From positions 3,200,001-3,264,000 of the forward strand of contig CBDEFM010000002.1 of assembly GCA_965237415.1 (NCBI GenBank): 64,000 nucleotides of DNA, in the 5' to 3' direction. Below, in pieces: positions 9,457-20,659 of this stretch; within the stretch, counting starts at the first letter, position 1; each line of letters starts with the position of its first letter. Origin of the DNA: Alphaproteobacteria bacterium (lineage in GTDB: Bacteria; Pseudomonadota; Alphaproteobacteria; UBA828). The position numbers and the translations under genes were made by a program. The notes below the pieces were generated by a model. That model ran no database searches, was not told the origin of the DNA, and was given only the letters and a program-made list of their open reading frames with translations.

Positions 9457-10023
9457 CTATTCGGTCGGCAGGTCCGCCGGCGTCGCGCTGAAGGAGCGGA
9501 GATAGGCGAGGACGTTGGCGCGATTACCGTCCTTGGAGACACCCTTGAAGGCCATCTTGGTGCCCGGCACGGTGCCTTTCGGGTCGGAGATGAACTGGTT
9601 CAGGCGCTCGAAATCCCAGACACCCTCTTCGGCCGCCATGGCGTCGGAGAAGTTGAAGCCCTCGTGGCTCGCGATCGGCCGGTTGACGACGTTCCAGAGA
9701 TTGGGCCCGACCTTGTTCTTGCCGCCTTCGTCCGCGGTGTGGCAGGCGGCGCATTTCTTGAACACCCTCTGCCCCTTGGCAGGGTCGGCCTCGGCCAGCA
9801 GTTCTGCCAGAGACATCGCCGGCATCTCGGGCTCGTCGGCCGCCGCCTCGTCGTGCATGGCGTCGTCCTGCTCGAGGCCGGCGACCTCGTAATGGATCAC
9901 CCGCTCGTGGTGACCATGCTCGAGTTTGCCATAGGCCGCGAGGGAGATGAGCCACGCCGTCATCGCGGTCAAACCCGCAAAGAGGATCGCGCCGAAGACC
10001 TTATTCAGCTCGTAGGTATTCAT
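9457..10023 (-). CDS. cycM: Membrane-anchored cytochrome c (CycM type)
   Basis: N-terminal anchor [12 protein letters not shown]; CAACH; GPNL; PGTKMAF; divergent from kdsB. Confidence 0.88.
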   Translation of the reverse strand: MNTYELNKVFGAILFAGLTAMTAWLISLAAYGKLEHGHHERVIHYEVAGLEQDDAMHDEAAADEPEMPAMSLAELLAEADPAKGQRVFKKCAACHTADEGGKNKVGPNLWNVVNRPIASHEGFNFSDAMAAEEGVWDFERLNQFISDPKGTVPGTKMAFKGVSKDGNRANVLAYLRSFSATPADLPTE

Positions 10024-10213
10024 GCCGCCCGTTGGAGTGGGTGGAACCGGATCGTCGGGAGCCGACGGGCGGCGAGATTAGCCGCTTCAACCGGCCATGT
10101 CCAACGATCCTCATGGCCCTCGACGATCCTTCTCGACAAGAGCGGCGCGGCGCCTTATCTGGCTCAACGATGACGATGCGTACAGAGAGCGCGGTGCGGG
10201 CGAGGGGGCGCAG

Positions 10214-10987
10214 ATGAGCGCTTCTGCCGCAGCCAGACCGCCGCCCCGGAACCCGATCGTGCTCATTCCGGCGCGCATGGCCTCGCTGCGATTGCCCGGT
10301 AAACCGCTCGCCGATATCGCCGGCCGGCCGATGATCGTGCACGTGCTGGAGCGTGCCGAAGCTGCGGCGATTGGCCCCGTGGTCGTCGCCTGCGCCGAGC
10401 CCGCGATCGCCGATGCAGTCGAGAGCGCCGGCGGGCGCGCGGTGCTCACGCGCCCCGACCACGCCTCGGGCTCCGATCGGATCTTCGAGGCGTTGCAGGC
10501 GATCGATCCGGCGGGCGAGCACGATGCCGTCGTCAACCTGCAGGGCGACCTGCCCATCCTCGACCCGGCGTTGCCGGCCCGAGCGCTCGCACTGTTGGCG
10601 GACCCCGCCGTGGATGTCGGCACGCTCGCGGCCGAGATCGCCGATCCGGCGGAGCGGGCGGACCCGAATGTGGTCAAGGCCGTGGTTTCGCATCGGCCGG
10701 GCAGCGCCGGGGGCCGCGCGCTCTATTTCACCCGCGCGACCGCGCCCTCGGGCGAAGGCCCGCTCTGGCACCATATCGGCCTCTACGCCTACAGGCGCGA
10801 GGCGCTGGCCCGCTTCGTCGCGCTCCCGCCCAGCCCGCTGGAACGGCGCGAGCGGCTGGAGCAGCTTCGCGCGCTTGAAGTCGGGATGCGTATCGAGGTC
10901 GCCTTCGTTGACACGGTCCCGCTCGGCGTCGATACGCCGGCACAGCTTGCGCGGGCGCGAGCGCTGATCGCGGGCAACTTGGAGTGA
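10214..10987 (+). CDS. kdsB: 3-deoxy-manno-octulosonate cytidylyltransferase
   Basis: [40 protein letters not shown]. Confidence 0.95.
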   Translation: MSASAAARPPPRNPIVLIPARMASLRLPGKPLADIAGRPMIVHVLERAEAAAIGPVVVACAEPAIADAVESAGGRAVLTRPDHASGSDRIFEALQAIDPAGEHDAVVNLQGDLPILDPALPARALALLADPAVDVGTLAAEIADPAERADPNVVKAVVSHRPGSAGGRALYFTRATAPSGEGPLWHHIGLYAYRREALARFVALPPSPLERRERLEQLRALEVGMRIEVAFVDTVPLGVDTPAQLARARALIAGNLE

Positions 10988-10994
10988 AGCAAGG

Positions 10995-11531
10995 ATGATC
11001 GAACAGGTTCTCTCGTTCTGGTTCGAACGCCACGGCCCCGAGCAGTGGTGGGCCAAGGACCCCGCCTTCGACGAGGCGATCCGCACCGAGTTCGGCGCGC
11101 TCCACGCCAGCGCCGCCCTGGGCGAGCTGTACGACTGGCGGGATGTGCCGGACGGCCGCCTTGCCGAGATCATTGTGCTCGACCAGTTCTCCCGAAATCT
11201 CTATCGCGAGGACCCGCGCGCCTTCGCCTGCGACGGCATGGCGCTGGCGTTGGCGCAGGAGTCGGTACGCATCGGCGCCGACCGGGCGGTCCTGCTGGAG
11301 CGCCGGAAGTTCTTCTACATGCCCTACGAGCACAGCGAATCGCCACGCGTCCACGAGATTGCCGTGACCCTCTTCGAATCGCTGGACGATCCCGAGAGCC
11401 TGAAATACGAGCTGCAGCACAAGGCGATCGTCGACCGTTTCGGGCGCTATCCGCACCGCAACAAGGCGCTCGGGCGGGAGTCCACGGCGGAGGAATTTGC
11501 CTTCCTCAAGACGCCCGACTCGTCGTTCTGA
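10995..11531 (+). CDS. DUF924 family protein
   Basis: VLSFWF, LDQFSRN, FFYMPYEHSE, RFGRYPHRN. Confidence 0.9.
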   Translation: MIEQVLSFWFERHGPEQWWAKDPAFDEAIRTEFGALHASAALGELYDWRDVPDGRLAEIIVLDQFSRNLYREDPRAFACDGMALALAQESVRIGADRAVLLERRKFFYMPYEHSESPRVHEIAVTLFESLDDPESLKYELQHKAIVDRFGRYPHRNKALGRESTAEEFAFLKTPDSSF

Positions 11532-11621
11532 ACCGGCGCCCAAGGGCTGTTGACGCTTACCCCGGCGGGGGGCATGGTGCGCGCACTTTCGGCGCGGCGG
11601 CGCGGCACAGGACGGGGGCTC

Positions 11622-13643
11622 ATGCCTTCCTTATCGGCTGAAGGGCGCGTACCGCGCGCCGGTCACGCGGATATGGCGAACGCGATCCGCGCTCTCGCTA
11701 TGGACGCGGTGGAGCAGGCGCGTTCCGGCCATCCCGGCATGCCCATGGGCCTTGCCGATGTCGCGACCGTTCTCTTCGGCCGCTTCCTCAAGTTCGACCC
11801 CTCGCGCCCCGACTGGCCCGACCGGGACCGCTTCGTGCTCTCGAACGGGCACGGCTCGATGCTGCTCTATGCGCTGCTTTATCTGACCGGCTATCCGGAT
11901 ATCGATATCGACGAGATCCGCAATTTCCGCCAGCTCGGCAGCCGCACCGCCGGTCATCCCGAGTACGGCGTCGCCGCCGGGATCGAGACCACCACCGGCC
12001 CGCTCGGCCAGGGCCTTGCCAACGCGGTCGGCATGGCGCTGGCGGAGCGCAACATGGCTGCCCGCTTCGGCAGCGAGCTTGTGGACCATCACACCTATGT
12101 CGTGTGCGGCGATGGTTGCCTGATGGAAGGCATCAGCCAGGAGGCGATCTCGCTCGCCGGCCATCTGAGGCTGGACCGCCTGATCGTGCTCTACGATTCC
12201 AACGATATCTCGATCGACGGTCCCACCAGCCTCGCTTTCTCCGACGACGCTCGCGCGCGTTTCGAATCCGCCGGTTGGCATACGCAGCGCGTCGACGGCC
12301 ACGGTCCGGAGGCTGTCGCGGCGGCAATAGCCGCAGCCAAGGCCGAGCCCCGGCCCTCGATGATCGAATGCCGGACGGTGATCGGCTTCGGTGCGCCGAC
12401 GAAGGCCGGAACTGCCGCGAGCCATGGCGCGCCCCTCGGGGCCGAGGAGATCGCGGGCGCCCGCGACAGGCTGGACTGGCCCCATGCTCCCTTCACGGTG
12501 CCGGACTCGATCCTCGCGGCCTGGCGCACCATCGGCGAGCGGGGAAGGGACGCGCGAACGGCCTGGGAGGCGCGCCGTGCCGCGCTCGGCGAGGGCCGCC
12601 GGGCCGCCTTCGACGCTGCCGTGGCGGGCGATCTGCCTGCCGGCCTCTCGGAGGCGCTCGCGGCATTGAAGCGAAGCTTCGCCGATGAGGGGCCCACCAT
12701 CGCGACGCGGGTGGCGAACCAACGGGTGATCGGCGCGATTGCCGATGCCGTGCCGTGCCTCATCGGCGGCTCAGCCGACCTCACGGGCTCCAACGGCACC
12801 AAGACCGACGCTCTCGTCCCCATCGCCCCCGGCGACTACGGCGGCCGCTACCTCTATTTCGGCGTCCGCGAGCACGCCATGGGCGCGGTGATGAACGGCA
12901 TGGCGCTCCACGGCGGCGTCATCCCCTTCGGCGGCACCTTCCTCACCTTTACCGACTACTGCCGGCCGGCGATCCGGCTGTCTGCGCTCATGGAGCTCCG
13001 CGTCATCTACGTGATGACCCACGATTCCATCGGCCTCGGCGAGGACGGCCCGACCCATCAGCCGATCGAGCACCTCGCGAGCCTGCGGGCGATGCCCAAC
13101 CTCTTGCTGTTCCGGCCGGCCGACGCCGTCGAGACGGTGGAATGCTGGGAGCTCGCATTGGCGAACGCCGAGCGCCCCTCGGTGCTGGCGCTCACGCGCC
13201 AAGGCGTGCCGTGCCTCAGGGCGGGCGCGGGCGGCACCGGCACCGGAAACGCCTGCGCACATGGCGGCTACGTGCTGCGCGAGGCGAGCGGCGAGACACC
13301 CCGCGTCGTGCTGCTCGCCACCGGCTCGGAATGCGCGATCGCCGACGAGGCACGACAGACGCTGGAGGCCGCCGGCGTGCCGACGCGGCTGGTATCGCTC
13401 CCCTGCTGGGCGCTGTTCGATGAGCAGGAGCCCTCCTATCGCGAAGGCGTGCTGGGCGGTGCCGATACGGTGCGGATCGCGGTCGAGGCGGCAAGCCCCT
13501 TCGGTTGGGAGCGCTACGTGGGCCCCGCCGGCGCCATCGTCGGGATGCGGGGTTTTGGCGCCTCTGCGCCTGCCAAGGACCTCTACGCCCACTTCGGCAT
13601 CACGGCCGACGCCGTGGTCGCGGCGGCCAAGACGCGGCTGTAG
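11622..13643 (+). CDS. tkt: Transketolase
   Basis: [41 protein letters not shown]. Confidence 0.97.
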   Translation: MPSLSAEGRVPRAGHADMANAIRALAMDAVEQARSGHPGMPMGLADVATVLFGRFLKFDPSRPDWPDRDRFVLSNGHGSMLLYALLYLTGYPDIDIDEIRNFRQLGSRTAGHPEYGVAAGIETTTGPLGQGLANAVGMALAERNMAARFGSELVDHHTYVVCGDGCLMEGISQEAISLAGHLRLDRLIVLYDSNDISIDGPTSLAFSDDARARFESAGWHTQRVDGHGPEAVAAAIAAAKAEPRPSMIECRTVIGFGAPTKAGTAASHGAPLGAEEIAGARDRLDWPHAPFTVPDSILAAWRTIGERGRDARTAWEARRAALGEGRRAAFDAAVAGDLPAGLSEALAALKRSFADEGPTIATRVANQRVIGAIADAVPCLIGGSADLTGSNGTKTDALVPIAPGDYGGRYLYFGVREHAMGAVMNGMALHGGVIPFGGTFLTFTDYCRPAIRLSALMELRVIYVMTHDSIGLGEDGPTHQPIEHLASLRAMPNLLLFRPADAVETVECWELALANAERPSVLALTRQGVPCLRAGAGGTGTGNACAHGGYVLREASGETPRVVLLATGSECAIADEARQTLEAAGVPTRLVSLPCWALFDEQEPSYREGVLGGADTVRIAVEAASPFGWERYVGPAGAIVGMRGFGASAPAKDLYAHFGITADAVVAAAKTRL

Positions 13644-13759
13644 AGCGCTCCGGGTAGGCGCGGGCCGCGCCCGCCGGGATGGCCCTGGGCCGGCACGGCG
13701 GTTGACCGCCAAAGACCAAGCCGATAGCAAGGCGCGGCATCTCAGTCATTGGAGGGGGC

Positions 13760-14764
13760 ATGACGGTTCGCATCGCCATCAACGGGTTCGGGCGGATCGG
13801 CCGCAACATCCTGCGCGCAATTCACGAATCCGGCCGCACCGATCTCACCGTCGTCGCCCTCAACGACCTGGGCGACGTGGAGACCAACGCGCACCTGCTG
13901 CGCTACGATTCGGTCCACGGGCGCTTCCCCGGCACGGTCGAGGTGGCGGAAGGCTCGATCGACATCGGCGCGGGGCCGATCCAGGTGCTCAGCGAGCGCG
14001 ACCCGGCGCGGCTGCCCTGGGCCGACCTCGGCATCGACGTGGCGCTGGAGTGCACCGGGATCTTCACGGCGCGGGAGAAAGCGGCGGCGCATCTGGAAGC
14101 CGGTGCGCGGGCGGTGCTGATCTCGGCGCCCGGAACGGATTCCGACCTCACCGTGGTCTATGGCGTCAATCACCAGGCGCTCACGCGCGAGCACCGCATC
14201 GTCTCCAACGCGTCGTGCACCACCAACTGCCTGGCCCCGGTCGCCTCAGTGCTGCACGACGCCATCGGGATCGCGAGCGGCTTCATGACCACGGTGCACG
14301 CCTACACGCTGGACCAGCCGGTGCTCGACACGCTGCACAAGGACCTGCGGCGCGCACGGGGCGCGGCAGGCTCGATGATCCCCACCTCCACCGGGGCCGC
14401 GCGCGCCGTGGGGCTCGTGCTGCCTGCGCTTGCCGGCAAGCTCGACGGCACCGCGGTCCGGGTGCCGACGGCCAACGTCTCGATGGTCGATCTCAACTTC
14501 GTCGCCAAGCGGTCGACCTCGGTGGCCGAGATCAACGAGGCGGTGGCGAGCGCCGCCGCCGGTGCCATGGCTGGCGTGCTGGCCTATAGCGAGGAGCCTC
14601 TGGTCTCGGTCGATTTCAACCATCGGCCGGAAAGCTCGATCGTCGATGCCGGCCAGACCGCCGTGGTCGATGGTACGCTCGGCCGCGTGCTCTCCTGGTA
14701 CGACAACGAATGGGGCTTCTCCAACCGGATGGGGGATGTCGCCGCCCATCTCGGCAACCTGTGA
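13760..14764 (+). CDS. gap: Type I glyceraldehyde-3-phosphate dehydrogenase
   Basis: [28 protein letters not shown]. Confidence 0.97.
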   Translation: MTVRIAINGFGRIGRNILRAIHESGRTDLTVVALNDLGDVETNAHLLRYDSVHGRFPGTVEVAEGSIDIGAGPIQVLSERDPARLPWADLGIDVALECTGIFTAREKAAAHLEAGARAVLISAPGTDSDLTVVYGVNHQALTREHRIVSNASCTTNCLAPVASVLHDAIGIASGFMTTVHAYTLDQPVLDTLHKDLRRARGAAGSMIPTSTGAARAVGLVLPALAGKLDGTAVRVPTANVSMVDLNFVAKRSTSVAEINEAVASAAAGAMAGVLAYSEEPLVSVDFNHRPESSIVDAGQTAVVDGTLGRVLSWYDNEWGFSNRMGDVAAHLGNL

Positions 14765-14789
14765 CGGAGACGGCCCCGCCGCAGGCGGC

Positions 14790-16010
14790 ATGACGGCGTT
14801 CAGATCGCTCGACGATATCGAGGTCGCCGGTAAGCGCGTCCTCGTGCGGGTGGACCTGAATGTGCCGATGCGCGAAGGCGCGGTGGGCGATGCCACGCGG
14901 ATCGACCGGGTGGCGCCAACTCTGAGCGAGCTCGCAGGGCGCGGCGCGCGGGTCATCGTCGCCTCGCACTTCGGCCGGCCCAAGGGAAAGCCCGTGGCGG
15001 CGATGTCGCTCAGCCCCCTTGCCGAACCGCTTTCGCATGCACTCGGCGGCCTCCCGGTGCGCTTCGTCCCCGATTGCATCGGTGAGCAGGCGGAGACCGC
15101 AGTGACTTCACTCGCGCCCGGCGATGTCGCACTGCTGGAGAACCTGCGCTTCCACCCTGGCGAGGAGGCGAACGATCCCGCCTTCGCCGATGCCCTCGCA
15201 CGGCTCGCCGATCTCTACGTCAACGATGCGTTCTCCGCCGCGCATCGCGCCCATGCGTCCACCACCGCCGTGGCGGCGCGCCTGCCGAGCGCGGCGGGGC
15301 GCCTCATGCAGGCCGAGCTGGAGGCGCTCGGCAAGGCGTTGCGGGCGCCCGAGCGGCCTGTCATCGCCGTCGTCGGCGGCGCCAAGGTCTCGACCAAACT
15401 CGCGATCCTCGCCAACCTGATCCGCCGGGTCGACCGCCTCGTCATCGGCGGCGCCATGGCCAACACGTTCCTCCATGCGCAAGGGGTCGCCGTCGGCGCG
15501 TCGCTCCACGAGCCCGACCTCGCGGCGGATGCGCGCCGCATCATGGGGGCGGCGGAGGGAGCCGGGTGCGAGATCGTGCTGCCCACCGACGTGGCGGTGA
15601 CGCAGGAGTTCAGGGAAGGCGCCGAGGATACAGTGACGCTTGTTGGCGATGTGCCGGCAAATGGAATGATCCTCGACCTCGGGCCCGAGACCTGCGTGCG
15701 GATCGAAGCGGCGCTGGCCGAGGCGCGCACGCTGGTGTGGAACGGCCCGCTCGGGGCCTTCGAGATCGCCCCCTTCGACCGGGCGACGACGACATGCGCG
15801 CGCGCGGCTGCCCGGCTTACCGGGGTGGGCAGGCTGCTCTCTGTCGCCGGCGGTGGGGACACGGTCGCGGCGCTCCAGGGCGCCGGTGTGCTCGGGGCCT
15901 TCAGCTATGTGTCGACTGCCGGCGGTGCCTTCCTGGAATGGCTGGAAGGGCGCACCCTGCCGGGGGTCGCGGCGCTCGAGGCAAGCGTCGTGCCGAAGAG
16001 CGGGCCATGA
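14790..16010 (+). CDS. pgk: Phosphoglycerate kinase
   Basis: RVDLNVP, SHFGRP, LENLRF, GGAKVSTK, STAGGAFLE. Confidence 0.97.
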   Translation: MTAFRSLDDIEVAGKRVLVRVDLNVPMREGAVGDATRIDRVAPTLSELAGRGARVIVASHFGRPKGKPVAAMSLSPLAEPLSHALGGLPVRFVPDCIGEQAETAVTSLAPGDVALLENLRFHPGEEANDPAFADALARLADLYVNDAFSAAHRAHASTTAVAARLPSAAGRLMQAELEALGKALRAPERPVIAVVGGAKVSTKLAILANLIRRVDRLVIGGAMANTFLHAQGVAVGASLHEPDLAADARRIMGAAEGAGCEIVLPTDVAVTQEFREGAEDTVTLVGDVPANGMILDLGPETCVRIEAALAEARTLVWNGPLGAFEIAPFDRATTTCARAAARLTGVGRLLSVAGGGDTVAALQGAGVLGAFSYVSTAGGAFLEWLEGRTLPGVAALEASVVPKSGP

Positions 16011-16444
16011 CCACCGCGCGCCGGCCCGCGATCGTCGTGCACGATCTCGACCAGGCCATCGGCGCGCTCAGGGCGGCGGCGGCGGCCGGGGTCGCGGTGA
16101 CGCTCTGGTCGGCGCCGGGCGCCGCGTCCTACGCAGGGCTCGGGTTCTTGCGTGCGGTCTTCGAGAAGGCAGGCGAGGCGGTTCCGGAAGCCGAACACGA
16201 CGCGGTCGTCGATTGCGCCGGCAGCGGCGTGCTCGCCCACGAGGCGCTGAGCCGCAACTTCGCCGGAGTCGCTTTCACCGGCCGCGGTGCCATGCAAAAG
16301 ACGCTCCAGGCCATCGCCGATGCGGAGGGGAGGCGGCTGATCACCAGCGGGCCGGGCCGGGGGGTTCTCGATCTCGCCCATTCCAGCGAGCCTGAGCGGG
16401 AGAGCGCCGCCTATCTCGCGAAACGACGCGCCGGCCGCCCATAA
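16007..16444 (+). CDS. Hypothetical protein resembling the N-terminal half of a class II fructose-bisphosphate aldolase
   Basis: ATGA overlap with pgk; AIVVHDLDQA..ALRAA...VTLWSAPGAASYAG..FL...VVDC...AL...GVAFTG. Confidence 0.7.
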   Translation: MTTARRPAIVVHDLDQAIGALRAAAAAGVAVTLWSAPGAASYAGLGFLRAVFEKAGEAVPEAEHDAVVDCAGSGVLAHEALSRNFAGVAFTGRGAMQKTLQAIADAEGRRLITSGPGRGVLDLAHSSEPERESAAYLAKRRAGRP

Positions 16445-16483
16445 ACGCTGGCAAAGGAACTGCGCCTCGGTCAGGATGCGGCC

Positions 16484-17404
16484 ATGCGAATCACCCGGCG
16501 CGTCAGAGAGATTCTCTCCTGGTACGAGAGCGACAATCCGGGCACGAAGGCCAATCTCGCCCGCATCCTGATGCATGGCCGCCTCGGCGGCACCGGACGG
16601 ATGGTCATCCTGCCGGTCGATCAGGGCTTCGAGCACGGGCCGGCCCGCAGCTTCGCGCCAAACCCGCCCGCCTACGACCCGCACTATCACTGGCGGCTCG
16701 CCATCGACGCGGGTCTGAACGCGTTTGCGAGCCCGCTCGGCATGATCGAGGCGGGTGCCGACAGTTTCGCCGGCGCGATCCCGACCATCCTCAAGGTCAA
16801 CAACGCCAACTCCCTCGGCTCGGCCAAGGATCAGGCGGTGACGGGGTCGGTCCGCGACGCGCTCCGGCTGGGCTGTTCGGCGATCGGCTTCACCATCTAT
16901 CCCGCCTCCGATCATCAATACGAGTTGATCGAGGAGATCCGCGAGCTGGCGGCGGAGGCGAAGGCGCACGGGCTCGCGGTGGTCGTCTGGTCCTATCCGC
17001 GCGGCGGCACGCTCTCCAAGGAGGGCGAGACCGCGCTCGATGTGGTGGCCTACGCCGCGCACATGGCGGCGCTCGCCGGTGCCCACATCATCAAGGTCAA
17101 GCCGCCGACCGCCCACCTGGAGCAGGAGGCCGCCGCCAAGGCCTACCGCGCCGCCGGCGTGGACGGGGAGACGCTGGAGAAACGGATCGCCCATATAATG
17201 CAGTCGGCCTTCGCCGGCCGCAGGCTCGTGGTCTTCTCCGGTGGTGCGGCGAAGGGGTTGGAGGGACTCTTCGGCGAGGTCCGCGCCATCTACGCGGGCG
17301 GCGGCAGCGGCTCGATCATCGGCCGCAACAGCTTCCAGCGCCCGCACGCCGACGCGCTCGCCATGCTGGATACGGTCATCGGCATCTACCGCGGCAAGGG
17401 GTAG
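16484..17404 (+). CDS. fbaB: Class I fructose-bisphosphate aldolase (DhnA/FbaB type)
   Basis: ILPVDQGFEHGP, WSYPRG, AHIIKVK, FSGG, GSIIGRN. Confidence 0.93.
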   Translation: MRITRRVREILSWYESDNPGTKANLARILMHGRLGGTGRMVILPVDQGFEHGPARSFAPNPPAYDPHYHWRLAIDAGLNAFASPLGMIEAGADSFAGAIPTILKVNNANSLGSAKDQAVTGSVRDALRLGCSAIGFTIYPASDHQYELIEEIRELAAEAKAHGLAVVVWSYPRGGTLSKEGETALDVVAYAAHMAALAGAHIIKVKPPTAHLEQEAAAKAYRAAGVDGETLEKRIAHIMQSAFAGRRLVVFSGGAAKGLEGLFGEVRAIYAGGGSGSIIGRNSFQRPHADALAMLDTVIGIYRGKG

Positions 17405-17488
17405 GGGAAGCGCGCCCCAGAGCTTTCCGGCCCGCGGGCTGTCCGGCTCGACGACGCAGGGCCGGTCATTTCCCCGCCGATCCAGCGC

Positions 17489-18739
17489 TCACGCGAGCGA
17501 AGGCGAGTTCGCAGGAAAAGTTTCTGTCAAGCATTCGCGGATCAGCCTGTCGTAATGCTCCGCACAGGCCTCGGCCGAGAAATGCTGGGCCCTTGCCCTC
17601 AGAACCGCGCTATTCGGAGGATTATCGAGCAAGTGCTCCATGGCTGCTGCCAGCGCCGCGTCGTCGCCGACGGGAACAAGCGGGCCGATTTGACCGTTGC
17701 ACAGAATTTCCGCCGGCCCGGAGGGGCAGTCGGTACTCACCACTGGGCAACCGCAGGCCAGCGCCTCGATGAGAACCAAAGAAAGGCCTTCATACTTCGA
17801 CGATACGACAAGAACCGACGCGCGATTCATGTAGGCGAAGGGATTGGGTGCCCAGCCGGGTAGCGAGATCCTTTCTGCCATGCCCATTCTTCTGACGAAG
17901 CGTTCCAGCCGGTTCCGCTGAGGCCCTTCCCCCAGGATGACCAGGCGCGCAGGCCGGCTGCTGGAGACCCGATGGAAGGCGCGCAACAGGGTCATGAAAT
18001 CCTTGGCCGGAACCAGTCTTCCGACGGAGAGGAACACGGGGGGGCCCGGCTCCGACAGCCAAGAGTGGTCAGGTATTTCGCCGGTCAGCGCACCGATTTC
18101 CGGGCGGGCCACGGGATTGTAGATCGTCACGATTTTCGTGCGAGGAACGCCCAGTTTTCGCACCAGGCTGTCGGCGACGCCTTCCGATATGGCGACGATG
18201 CGATCCGCGGCGGGAAACAAGAACCGATACAGGATCCGAAGCGGAAAGGACCGGTTCATGACGACGTTGCGCATGACAGGGATCAAGATGGGGCGCGGCG
18301 ATACGAAGAAGCACGCAAGAATGGCTGATACCTTGGCTTCTCCGAGCGTGGGAAACAGGACATCCGGCCGTTCACGCCGGATATAGGCGGCGATGAACCG
18401 CACATTGCCGATGAGATCGATCAGTCGGAGGCAACGCAGAAGTATCCGACGAATTCCGAAGGCGGGCGCTCGGAGGATCCACTCGCGGAAGGTGTGAGCA
18501 CGGGCCGACCTCCGCACGAGCCGGCGGGCTTCCCGCGGAGTCTCGTTCGGATAGGCGTTCGAGTCTTCGAACAGGATAAGGTCCACCGCGTAACCGCGCG
18601 CGAGCAGGCCCCTGGCAATGCCGAGTGTGGAACGCTCAGCGCCACCGCCGCGCAGGTCCGGAATCGCGAGAGCGATTCGCTTGCCTCTGGCGGATTCGAA
18701 TTTCTCTACTGTCTTTTCCCTCTGCGCAGTGTCGGTCAT
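17489..18739 (-). CDS. GT4 glycosyltransferase
   Basis: GGGAER, IYNPV, VGRLVPAKDF, SKYEGLSLVLIEALACGCPVVSTDCPSGPAEIL. Confidence 0.9.
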   Translation of the reverse strand: MTDTAQREKTVEKFESARGKRIALAIPDLRGGGAERSTLGIARGLLARGYAVDLILFEDSNAYPNETPREARRLVRRSARAHTFREWILRAPAFGIRRILLRCLRLIDLIGNVRFIAAYIRRERPDVLFPTLGEAKVSAILACFFVSPRPILIPVMRNVVMNRSFPLRILYRFLFPAADRIVAISEGVADSLVRKLGVPRTKIVTIYNPVARPEIGALTGEIPDHSWLSEPGPPVFLSVGRLVPAKDFMTLLRAFHRVSSSRPARLVILGEGPQRNRLERFVRRMGMAERISLPGWAPNPFAYMNRASVLVVSSKYEGLSLVLIEALACGCPVVSTDCPSGPAEILCNGQIGPLVPVGDDAALAAAMEHLLDNPPNSAVLRARAQHFSAEACAEHYDRLIRECLTETFPANSPSLA

Positions 18740-20505
18740 ACCGGTTGCCCATCGGCATCCGTCGGCTGCCGTGCCGTCGTCCGTTCCTCGGCGTATTCCA
18801 ATGTCGCGATGCCATCGTTCAGGTCGTAAACGACCGTCGCGGCGCTCTGCATGGCCGGTTGGTGTGAGATCGAGAGCACGGTGAGCCTGCCGGTCAGGCG
18901 CTTGACCGTGTCCACGATGCCGGCTTCCGTCTCCGGGTCGAGCGCGGTGGTGGCTTCGTCCAGGATCAGCAGTGCCGGATTGCGGACCAGCGCCCGCGCG
19001 ATGGCAATGCGTTGTCGCTGGCCGCCGGAAAGCCGCGCGCCGCGCTCGCCCACCACCGTGTCCACGCCGTCCGGCAACGCGGCGACGAAGTACCACGCCT
19101 CGGCGCGGCGCAGCGCCGTCTCCACGTCGGCGCGGGAAATGCCGGGTTCGCCGAGTGTGACATTGGCCATCACGGTGTCGTGGAAGAGGAAGGTTTCCTG
19201 CGGCACGTAACCGATCATGCGGCGCCATGCCGTGGCGTCGACATCGCCGAGCGGCAGGTCGTCGATCCACACTTCGCCGCGCTGGGGCCGCAGCAGCCCG
19301 ATGATCAGATCTGCCACGGTCGTCTTGCCGGCGCCCGAGGAGCCGACGACGGCGATGAAGGCTCCGGCGGGCAGGGTCATCGAGACGTTCTCCAAGATGT
19401 TCTCGCGACCGTAGGAAAAGCTCACATTCCGGAGCGAGATGGCGGAGGCGAGCCGGGGCGCCCTGCTCCCCAGGTCCGGCTCCTCCTCCCCCTCGGCGGC
19501 GGCGATCGTGGACTGCAGGAAGGCGAACGCCGGCTGGTTGGTTGCGGCGATCTGATACCGGTCGTGCACATTTTTCACTTTCTGCAGGGTTCGTATGAAG
19601 AGCACCGCGAGGACCAGCAATCCGTCCACCGGTTGGCCCCAGACCGCCACGAAGACGTAGAGGCCTCCCGCCACCGCCAAGGCACGGATGAGTTCGTACG
19701 ATTCGGCCAGAGCCTCCCGGCTGATGACGATGGTCCGCTGTGCGTTGTTGAGGCCCCGGACGTCTCCTTCGAACAGGGGCCGCATGCTTTCCTCGCGGCC
19801 CATGGCCTTCAGCGGCTTCATGCCGTCCAACCCTTGCAGGAGCAGCGTCATGAAGGATTTCTGGAGGTCCGTCTGATTCTGCCCCGCGCGCCGGCTCATG
19901 GTGACCAGCCGGTTCAGGGCGATCATGCCGAAGGCGCCGACGGCGAGGGCGAGCAGCGAGACCTCCCAGGATATCGCCATGCAAACCGCCAGGTAGATAA
20001 GGATTTGAAGCGCGCCCGACAGAATGTGGCAGGCAGCCACATAGGCGTCGGCTGTGCGTGTCGGCTCCACGCTGACCGCGCTTGCCAGATCGCCGGTGCG
20101 CCGGTCCACGAAGTGCAGCCAGCGCGCCCGCAGAATCGCGCGGATGAACGCGAGCCGCAGGTCCATCGCGACATGGGCTGCGGAGTACCCGACTTGCGCC
20201 ATGGCCAGCAGCATCAGAAGCGCTTTGAGCGCCATGGCAACGACGATCAGAACCAACAACCCACCGAGGGACACGTTCTGGCCGGCTAAGGCGAAGACCT
20301 GCTCGACGTAATGCGTCAGCGCGCCGCCGGCGCCCTCGGCATCGATCACCAGGCCGATCATCGGCAGCAGCGCCGCGATCCCGACGCCCTCCGCCAGAGC
20401 GGCGGCCGTGATCGCCAGCAGCATGAGCGTGCTGCGTACGGGATAGGCTGCGAAAAAGTGCCGGAATAGCCGGGCGGTGTCTCTCGCGGTATTCCCGACA
20501 ATCAT
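18736..20505 (-). CDS. ABC exporter, fused permease and ATPase (MsbA/PglK-like)
   Basis: N-terminal TM helices; GSSGAGKTT, LSGGQRQR, ILDEAT. Confidence 0.9.
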   Translation of the reverse strand: MIVGNTARDTARLFRHFFAAYPVRSTLMLLAITAAALAEGVGIAALLPMIGLVIDAEGAGGALTHYVEQVFALAGQNVSLGGLLVLIVVAMALKALLMLLAMAQVGYSAAHVAMDLRLAFIRAILRARWLHFVDRRTGDLASAVSVEPTRTADAYVAACHILSGALQILIYLAVCMAISWEVSLLALAVGAFGMIALNRLVTMSRRAGQNQTDLQKSFMTLLLQGLDGMKPLKAMGREESMRPLFEGDVRGLNNAQRTIVISREALAESYELIRALAVAGGLYVFVAVWGQPVDGLLVLAVLFIRTLQKVKNVHDRYQIAATNQPAFAFLQSTIAAAEGEEEPDLGSRAPRLASAISLRNVSFSYGRENILENVSMTLPAGAFIAVVGSSGAGKTTVADLIIGLLRPQRGEVWIDDLPLGDVDATAWRRMIGYVPQETFLFHDTVMANVTLGEPGISRADVETALRRAEAWYFVAALPDGVDTVVGERGARLSGGQRQRIAIARALVRNPALLILDEATTALDPETEAGIVDTVKRLTGRLTVLSISHQPAMQSAATVVYDLNDGIATLEYAEERTTARQPTDADGQPV

Positions 20506-20659
20506 GATCGCGCCTAACCCCTTACATCACGCGCGGTTGGCAAAGGTTATGAGTCGACCGCCCCACGTAGGTGGGTAGCCACAAGTGACGGTCTCCATGT
20601 GCCGTCCTCGACCCGTGAGGAAGAGTGGCGCACAAACTACGAACAACAATTTACACGTC

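Noticed and set aside
17489-19984. 831-aa ORF suggesting a large fusion glycosyltransferase
   Set aside because: Its N-terminal half is an off-frame reading of the ABC gene; the GT starts at about 18739 with an ATGA overlap
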